Shown here: in pieces, positions 63,001 to 64,000 of the stretch | Layout of the letters: each line of letters begins with the position of its first letter | How positions within the stretch are numbered: the stretch's first letter is position 1 | NCBI GenBank assembly: GCA_964612665.1 | Contig: CAZTCI010000001.1 | Location: 508,896 to 572,895, forward strand | Direction of reading: 5' to 3' | From: an uncultured Planctomycetales bacterium | GTDB lineage: Bacteria > Omnitrophota > Gorgyraeia > Zapsychrales > JAHFFX01 | DNA: 64,000 nt | Made by a program: the position numbers and the translations under genes | Notes under the pieces: model-generated | Told to the model about the DNA's origin: nothing | Seen by the model: the letters and a program-made list of their open reading frames with translations, nothing else | Database searches by the model: none

Positions 63001-64000
63001 GATCAGTCCGGAAATTGAAATCTTTTCTTGTGACTCCAAACGAAATGGATCTCTCACCAATACATCCATATCCTTCGGTTCCGACGGATTAGCCGCCTCC
63101 AACGCTTCTTGAATCAACGCGCTCACCGCGGATTCATCCATTTCCAGAATTTTTCCGGCTTCTTCAATTTCCAACGACGCCACGGCGATCAAATCTGAAT
63201 CCCCTTCGGTATTTTTATAACTCAACAATCGGCTGCCCCATAATGTAAATTCATGTTCAATCAGCGTGCTTAAAAAGATCGACTCGCTGTGATCGATGAT
63301 GGATTTTAGACGTTGGAATTCCGATGAGCTCGGATTGCGAAAGGCCTCGCGAATGCGTTTGGCGGCGCGTCGTTCAACAAATGCGGCTTCTTCACCTTCC
63401 ACATATTGCCTGAGGAAGAACTGTTCGACATCCTCAATACTCTGCATGGCCTTGACGCTTTGAACCAATGCCTCAGATAAATTCGCATTTGGCATTGAAT
63501 CTCCATTGGTCTCAGAGATATCTTCAACCTGGATATATCTCAACAACCGCTCATCCAATCGACGAATCATGTCGACTTCACTCACGGGATCGAGAATATC
63601 CCCGAGCACTCTCATAAGAATATCATTTATTCCTATCTTGGCGCGGGGGCTGTTAATGTCTTTCCTAAGCGTGTAATACAATAAAGTGATCTCCCGTTGG
63701 CGCCATTCGTATTGGAAAAAAATGCGATGGTCGCTCCACGGCAATTCCTGAATATGAGTCTCTGCGAAAATACTTGTGAACGCCTTTCCGATACTTTTCG
63801 GCTCGATCATCTGATTAACCCCACTGATCCAACGGGCGAGTTGATCCAAAATTTGATTTGTTTGATCGGCTGTCAATTCGTTAAACATCTGGCGATAAAA
63901 CGCAAGCGAATACCGCAGGGTTAATGGTAGAATCGCCGTCGTTCGAATCTCCGACGATTCATGGACCTGACCATTTCCATTATTTTTGATCGATTCTTTT
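1..64000 (-). CDS. Fragment of one giant ORF, open at both window edges (about 21,333 codons in-window); multi-domain, multi-transmembrane giant protein
   Basis: The phase is the reverse-strand one whose codons coincide with + triplets 1-3, 4-6 ... (first full codon 63999-63997). I hand-translated well over 100 sixty-nt lines spread over the window (e.g. 1-1500, 2401-2520, 3901-4200, 7741-7800, 9481-10440, 10621-11400, 20701-21660, 22921-23580, 38101-38880, 42301-43740, 51001-51360, 62641-63999). None contained a TTA/CTA/TCA triplet in this phase, i.e. no stop. All domains listed below are in this same phase. Independent support: none of the 33 minus-strand ORFs in the supplied track is in this phase (their end coordinates are all 1 or 2 mod 3). 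That is expected from an ORF caller that needs a terminating stop if this phase never terminates in the window. Confidence 0.9.
556..888 (-). other. Receiver (REC)-like domain of the giant ORF
   Basis: Translation of 541-900: KRLILLVDDDEDVLETISNDLIQRGYQVYTAANKEKALSTYHQLLAEGKLVDLLLTDNQMGKNNAGIELIVEMKRIGFPNPMIIRSGEDDD. It has the acidic pocket (VDDD), a phospho-acceptor-like Asp (LLLTD) and a conserved Ser (IIRSG). It is preceded by a TM helix (GIFVSLDWLMMIVLLSILTP, about 905-965). Confidence 0.7.
3850..4260 (-). other. Class I SAM-dependent methyltransferase domain of the giant ORF
   Basis: Translation of 3901-4200: EIGSGHRILDVGTGSGGIAGKLRRQGNVVVGLDNNFSKIRIVQHTVSDGLWVNGDAQHLSFAPETFDVALLSFVLESTRPSIVLSEVYNVLSHGGEIHII. 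Motif I (ILDVGTGSG) lies at 4153-4179, followed by the acidic post-I residue (GLD) and the DAQHL / FDV motif pattern of Methyltransf_11/25-type enzymes. Confidence 0.8.
7750..10440 (-). other. Full-length AceE-like TPP-dependent E1 (homodimeric pyruvate/2-oxoacid dehydrogenase E1, transketolase-like) embedded in the giant ORF
   Basis: Hand translation shows three matching blocks. The first is LPKTGGHQAASASALHIMIALELAVMRGHDFVAHKPHAAPVYHAIQYLLGRL (compare AceE GGH..S..S.A.L..V..NHFF ... GH.SP..YA). The second is the TPP motif AVLGDAESEEGNLREILTLVKEFNLDRVTHIVDYNRQSLDG (compare GDGE...N.N.QRLDG). The third is a C-terminal block ending ...GLSTRSVHKIYLHHGISDMHIAETAFLMLAE. There is no start or stop of its own. 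It is flanked by TM segments at about 10450-10600 and 7290-7720. Confidence 0.8.
10709..10737 (+). promoter_or_regulatory. Sigma70-type promoter of the nested brnTA cassette (TTGACA-N17-TATGTT)
   Basis: TTGACA at 10709-14, a 17-nt spacer, then TATGTT at 10732-37. It lies 64 nt upstream of the brnT GTG start. A GGGAGA ribosome-binding site sits at 10788-10793. Confidence 0.55.
10753..10762. promoter_or_regulatory. Perfect 10-bp palindrome ATTGATCAAT between the -10 element and the RBS of brnTA (candidate operator)
   Basis: The palindrome is read directly from the sequence. It sits between the promoter and the RBS, where type II toxin-antitoxin (TA) autoregulatory operators usually lie. Its function is inferred only. 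Confidence 0.3.
10801..11067 (+). CDS. brnT: BrnT-family (DUF497) ribonuclease toxin
   Basis: The 88-aa ORF starts at GTG with an RBS 7 nt upstream. (M)KIWEFEWDNWNIEHIAKHSVKSQEVEEA...YLVYGQTYSGRYLFIVIKYKSKGIVYPITARDMTDSEQRFF matches the BrnT pattern (FEWD..N..KH.V...E..E ... G..l.vv......iriISAR.a...E...Y). The toxin-first gene order is typical of brnTA. It ends in TAA. It lies antisense to, and codon-aligned with, the giant ORF. Confidence 0.85.
   Translation: MKIWEFEWDNWNIEHIAKHSVKSQEVEEACYRRHVAKKTKDDIYLVYGQTYSGRYLFIVIKYKSKGIVYPITARDMTDSEQRFFLKRR
11071..11325 (+). CDS. brnA: BrnA-family antitoxin (RHH/CopG-like C-terminus)
   Basis: The 84-aa ORF starts 3 nt after the brnT stop. IPKFKNVADAAEFFDQHDTTQFLDELQPAHLKFPKPKHLLITLKPKQITRLRRLADKMGKPSDQIVEQWITQKL matches the BrnA pattern (IP.F.seeE.aeFwd.HDst.y.d... 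then a ribbon-helix-helix segment). It ends TAA TGA. Confidence 0.85.
   Translation: MIKKSSVIPKFKNVADAAEFFDQHDTTQFLDELQPAHLKFPKPKHLLITLKPKQITRLRRLADKMGKPSDQIVEQWITQKLAEG
12940..13610 (-). other. Three tandem LuxR/GerE-type HTH domains of the giant ORF
   Basis: Translation gives three units. Unit 1: SRHIAILKGLYAGLNDKDIAAQLETGSETIRKSRSQIHQLL. Unit 2: LSELELHILRLLNKGNTTIEIGQALSSPAINIRSKISRLYKVLAV. Unit 3: FTEKQLNILYGFVEGLSDQQIAERFNVKQKAVQAIWSKI. Each has the LuxR pattern (L..rE..vl.l...G.s..eIa..l.is..TVk.h...i..Kl). Confidence 0.75.
17170..17830 (-). other. Four tandem XRE (Cro/C1)-type HTH domains of the giant ORF
   Basis: Translation gives four units. Unit 1: RQLKVLRKSLRMTAKDVGALSKVRARRISALENGH. 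Unit 2: RQLKILREALRMSPEELAALAHISRNRINDLKS. Unit 3: RELKLFRNILELSPQKIADLSNTTPFKIKGLEKG. Unit 4: KRLKAVRESLGMSQKDAGLLADISARVINDIEIG. The repeat period is about 50 aa. Confidence 0.75.
18590..19260 (-). other. Possible atypical protein-kinase-like fold (RIO/Kdo-like) in the giant ORF
   Basis: The motifs, in order, are: LIIKVPKAD (VAIK-like Lys), VIVQERVHPV (hinge-like), GLVDRDFHNWRENYGL (D..... N spacing like HGDLSEYNI) and RMVAFDVNDF (DFG-like Asp). This rests on weak motif-level evidence only. Confidence 0.35.
19620..20500 (-). other. FAD/NAD(P)-binding oxidoreductase (DAO-like) domain of the giant ORF
   Basis: Translation of 20401-20520: KRKVAVIGGGIFGITAAWFIAQDSRYDVTLYE (a GxGxxG Rossmann motif plus an acidic residue at the end of beta-2), followed by RNKLFGGVSGNWDRRLHRGYHHPRS. 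Confidence 0.7.
23030..23058 (+). promoter_or_regulatory. Sigma70-type promoter of the nested coiled-coil cassette (TTGACA-N17-TATTCT)
   Basis: TTGACA at 23030-35, a 17-nt spacer, then TATTCT at 23053-58. A GGAGG RBS at 23068-72 precedes the ATG at 23083. Confidence 0.5.
23083..23460 (+). pseudogene. Small coiled-coil protein gene interrupted by one in-frame TAG (23203-23205), nested antisense in the giant ORF
   Basis: ATG at 23083: MHKRKDKNMNAINMTDIVRKSMQELVVPELKILQGDVQSL-TAG-NDNLEIKADLRILNNRVDNLEKSLNSRMDSLNSRMDSLEKRLDNLDKRVDGLERQIHSMREDFKLALDIHERLTALEVKISHHN-TAG. The heptad-like repeat continues in the same frame across the TAG. A 21-bp tandem duplication lies at 23278-23319. Promoter, RBS and terminator are all present. 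The gene is codon-aligned with the giant ORF, in which the TAG reads as CTA (Leu). Confidence 0.5.
23488..23539 (+). terminator. Rho-independent terminator of the nested coiled-coil cassette
   Basis: A perfect 13-bp stem (CGGGCCGATTTCC at 23488-23500 pairing with GGAAATCGGCCCG at 23516-23528) has a 15-nt loop and is followed by TTGTTTTTTG. There is no U-tract in the minus-strand orientation, so it should act only on + strand transcripts. The giant ORF reads straight through it (...TAFYKIVYSNQKTTGRFPLYNFEEIGPAM...). Confidence 0.75.
23960..24190 (-). other. PD-(D/E)xK nuclease-fold motif (YraN/UPF0102-like) in the giant ORF
   Basis: Translation of 24001-24180: GTLNELRAVHKLLMDFHFKVVSLNKEIADPHRENKSFEIDAVLIDSNHRLVFVEVKS. 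This matches the pattern G...E..a...L...g..v...n.......EIDlia.....lvFVEVK. Confidence 0.5.
25250..26260 (-). other. Supermodule B: three HTH-like units plus a small conserved domain (paralog of 28020-29160)
   Basis: The HTH-like segments are ...MEIRKARYDRWERGFTIPKPQAVQNLLSIL, AEELAQMTNIPKRTIAHWVVE and ITHKQAAAILGRSNPNKISMGYHE. They are followed by ...LFKLTGPFENGDGTIIVPIQEAVFISTEEARAFENNQDLIWAIRKAL, which aligns with the 28.0-28.5 kb module. Confidence 0.5.
28020..29160 (-). other. Supermodule A: three XRE-like HTH units plus a small conserved domain (paralog of 25250-26260)
   Basis: Translation includes SLAKLSGVDQTTISMIAAGN (28861-28920, a classic XRE HTH), IRARLGIDDKTLRKILG and ITDSEINQRSKVSRDAKLYRLQKA. 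It then continues LLKIEGPFANGDVMLLPEENAVYITEEEYRRVEGDPGLIEAIRKVI. Confidence 0.6.
31975..32430 (-). other. Two LuxR / sigma-70 region-4-type HTH units of the giant ORF
   Basis: Translation gives LEEKEREILPFAIAGYHPADVARLLQIKWTTVIITARRGLLRYRDL and MSPPQREIITLILNGWTIQDISTERGTTEQSVKGTLNLIL. Confidence 0.65.
33513..33539. repeat. Junction hairpin: 11-bp stem (one G-T pair), loop CCGGA
   Basis: CCTTCCCAACC ccgga GGTTGGGGAGG. It is read in the giant ORF as SSPTSGVGKV and lies just upstream of a TM helix. A near-identical copy at 34110-34136 has loop CCGGG. Confidence 0.8.
34110..34136. repeat. Junction hairpin, second copy (loop CCGGG)
   Basis: CCTTCCCAACC ccggg GGTTGGGGAGG. The flanking sequence GAAAAGTTTTTCCACCTT is shared with the copies at 33497 and 32674. 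Confidence 0.8.
35181..35203. repeat. Junction hairpin: 9-bp perfect stem, loop TGCGG (QPRRLN family)
   Basis: CATTCAACC tgcgg GGTTGAATG. Shorter copies with 6-bp stems lie at 30540-30556 and 31305-31321. All three are read as QPRRLN, 10-20 codons upstream of a TM helix. Confidence 0.8.
35470..36080 (-). other. Sigma-70-family-like domain (regions 2 and 4) of the giant ORF
   Basis: Translation gives a region 2-like segment, SSVIKFDRRNGVGLLTYVVNGINLKIRG (compare fd...g..F.tYa...I...i.r), and a region 4-like segment, LTLPQKEVLVRKIALDQSSSIIVEQMGSSHQYIEQVSNYIISKI. Confidence 0.6.
36484..36600 (-). other. Representative TM-turn-TM junction (FLDGVFRF-TM1-HQHLVG-TM2)
   Basis: Translation of 36481-36600: FLDGVFRFIIISAAFVAMVTHQHLVGAEAWIAVLCASAVL. 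The same architecture occurs at 47893-48000 (FRFTVIPSFLIAVWTTFHLVGGIGVLWAMIFVTAG), at 33960-34130 and at 10450-10600. By eye, about 45-60 hydrophobic TM-like segments occur across the window (an approximate count). Confidence 0.7.
37711..37905. repeat. Left copy of an approximately 195-bp direct repeat bracketing the vapBC-like cassette
   Basis: It aligns with 38917-39111 at an offset of 1206 nt (a multiple of 3) and roughly 80 percent identity by eye; the first 32 nt are identical (AAAGCGGAAAATTCCGTCGAGGAATAACATCA). It encodes ...AEILIIVLMAAVLISKSRVILENLRAFYEFLKTSPPS..MLFLDGIFRFI. Confidence 0.8.
38147..38175 (+). promoter_or_regulatory. Sigma70-type promoter of the nested antitoxin/PIN cassette (TTGACA-N17-TATACT)
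   Basis: TTGACA at 38147-52, a 17-nt spacer, then TATACT at 38170-75. An AAGGAG RBS at 38186-91 sits 8 nt before the ATG at 38200. Confidence 0.6.
38200..38391 (+). CDS. Putative type II antitoxin (VapB-like small ORF) upstream of the PIN toxin
   Basis: The ATG at 38200 has a consensus RBS. The track's upstream TTG start at 38176 overlaps the -10/RBS region and is unlikely. The 63-aa product MTSLQDAMKIIKPLQNRFKK...LLGAFKGATEGKSSSQCVRELRNSSYGKFK overlaps the PIN ORF by 17 nt. The call rests on position and size rather than strong similarity. Confidence 0.5.
   Translation: MTSLQDAMKIIKPLQNRFKKSHKSRRKTKIADDLLGAFKGATEGKSSSQCVRELRNSSYGKFK
38375..38842 (+). CDS. vapC: PIN-domain ribonuclease toxin (VapC-like)
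   Basis: The 155-aa ORF carries the PIN acidic signature in order: LLLDSDVLVSW, TLEED, SPTDAILLSVATTLDNVVLITRDRELL. It ends in TGA. It is the only nested ORF that is not codon-aligned with the giant ORF (+ frame 2), yet the giant phase stays open across it. Confidence 0.8.
   Translation: MVSLNNPSLLLDSDVLVSWLTLEEDILTHKKLWEAPHKIMTMVEENSSLGCSTIINLMEIRFVLRAKKKFSEHKITSSLNKLSEILKLFIPDEINLLKANELQSKYLSLSPTDAILLSVATTLDNVVLITRDRELLKAASKIVSASTPEEFLAKR
38917..39111. repeat. Right copy of the approximately 195-bp direct repeat bracketing the vapBC-like cassette
   Basis: See 37711-37905. It encodes ...AEILIIILVAAVLLSKSRVILENLRAFYELLKTSPPSKMMMLFLDGIFRFI. Confidence 0.8.
39225..39800 (-). other. Histidine-kinase-like module: possible H-box plus HATPase_c catalytic domain
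   Basis: Translation gives an N box (HAFINLLKNAVYT), a G1 box (EVKDNGPGIAPE), an F box (KIFEPYFTTK) and a G2 box (GTGQGLYIVKSIITAHNGEI), followed by SELGQGASFFVTLP. The upstream segment LKTLHSVTHRLKIIIDF (39721-39780) may be the phospho-acceptor helix. Confidence 0.8.
42230..43800 (-). other. Divergent SecA DEAD-like motor ATPase domain of the giant ORF
   Basis: Four blocks match SecA. FVKFDTSAGKTMALSMAADALEKMGVSTDIVTTTDHLAQDGF compares with SecA EMRTGEGKTL...GKGVHVVTVNDYLAQRD. ALLDEADYYLWD is a DEAD box at about 43318-43329. FIATEDIASAHHVKELL follows. ITSPMGGRGVNIL compares with SecA IATNMAGRGTDI. Confidence 0.8.
44040..45680. repeat. Tandem duplication with a period of about 1 kb (copies about 44040-44680 and 45040-45670), each encoding an XRE HTH; short acidic sub-repeats lie between the copies
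   Basis: About 620 bp align at high identity by eye, with offsets of 1002 nt at one end and 990 nt at the other (a 12-nt in-frame indel). Each copy encodes ...LLKKY..L..(I/L)RK.L.LSQTQFAEIL.LS..SV..YE.GR..I.MERF..SVHHLAHYFGIAFQP.EPEM.FEFQ. The sub-repeat IPIAFEQNENVQ(F/L)IDESIII is encoded at about 44698-44760 and 44903-44975. Confidence 0.85.
49334..49366. repeat. Junction hairpin: 14-bp perfect stem, loop CCGGA
   Basis: TACCCATCTACACC ccgga GGTGTAGATGGGTA, with every pair checked base by base. It is read in the giant ORF as THLHLRGVDG and is immediately followed by the TM helix YAILGVVVVMLIFIG. Confidence 0.9.
49500..50700 (-). other. TPR-like helical repeat region of the giant ORF
   Basis: Translation includes SLEQAWFTLFKGMIHFDQQHYVEANQAFVQALAINNRYVT, ...YYRIIIDITEQKFESAVERIRLLKAW... 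and ...AQARISFEQKEYDEAVRRWTSI... The repeats are about 34 aa long with the A/F/Y..A pattern. Confidence 0.55.
59440..59850 (-). other. Two XRE-type HTH units of the giant ORF
   Basis: Translation gives QGLATKLGMSGNSIRRIENN (59761-59820) and LTEEDFAKRIGMFYQNLQKQMRDGTLSISALPQFAAAFNVPLSTIL (about 59440-59580). Confidence 0.7.

Noticed and set aside
1-64000. Stop-codon reassignment (an alternative genetic code) as the explanation for the ORF track showing only short fragments
   Set aside because: The fragmented ORFs are simply in the wrong phases. The true phase contains none of TAA, TAG or TGA. The nested + strand genes terminate with ordinary TAA, TGA and TAG, so the standard code explains everything.

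Overview
The main result is that the whole 64 kb window is one uninterrupted reverse-strand ORF. It is about 21,333 codons long and open at both window edges. Its phase is the one whose codons coincide with + triplets 1-3, 4-6 and so on. The supplied ORF track misses it because this phase never meets a stop inside the window. Almost every ORF listed in the track is an off-phase or antisense shadow of it.

Hand translation shows a giant modular protein. Soluble modules are separated by dozens of hydrophobic transmembrane (TM) segments, often arranged as TM-turn-TM hairpins. From the N-terminal side (high coordinates) to the C-terminal side, the recognisable modules are:
- XRE-type helix-turn-helix (HTH) domains
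- a TPR-like region
- a roughly 1 kb tandem duplication carrying XRE HTHs
- a divergent SecA DEAD-like ATPase
- a histidine-kinase ATPase domain
- a sigma-70-like domain and LuxR/sigma-region-4 HTHs
- two paralogous supermodules, each with a triple HTH plus a small domain
- a PD-(D/E)xK nuclease-like motif
- an FAD-binding oxidoreductase and a kinase-like fold
- four XRE HTHs and three LuxR HTHs
- a full-length AceE-like TPP-dependent E1 enzyme
- a class I SAM methyltransferase
- a receiver-like (REC) domain

Many TM regions together with a divergent SecA DEAD domain matches what has been reported for giant genes of Omnitrophota. Assigning this window to that group is an inference.

The most unusual feature is three small + strand cassettes nested antisense inside the giant ORF without breaking it:
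- brnT-brnA
- an antitoxin-like ORF plus a PIN toxin
- a small coiled-coil gene

Each cassette has its own TTGACA-N17-TATnnT promoter and ribosome-binding site, and one also has a textbook intrinsic terminator.

I also see families of perfect DNA hairpins at the TM junctions. Their conserved nucleotide cores are read in different codon phases.

All translations were done by hand, and domain calls rest on motif recognition only. Domain coordinates are approximate to a few tens of nt.
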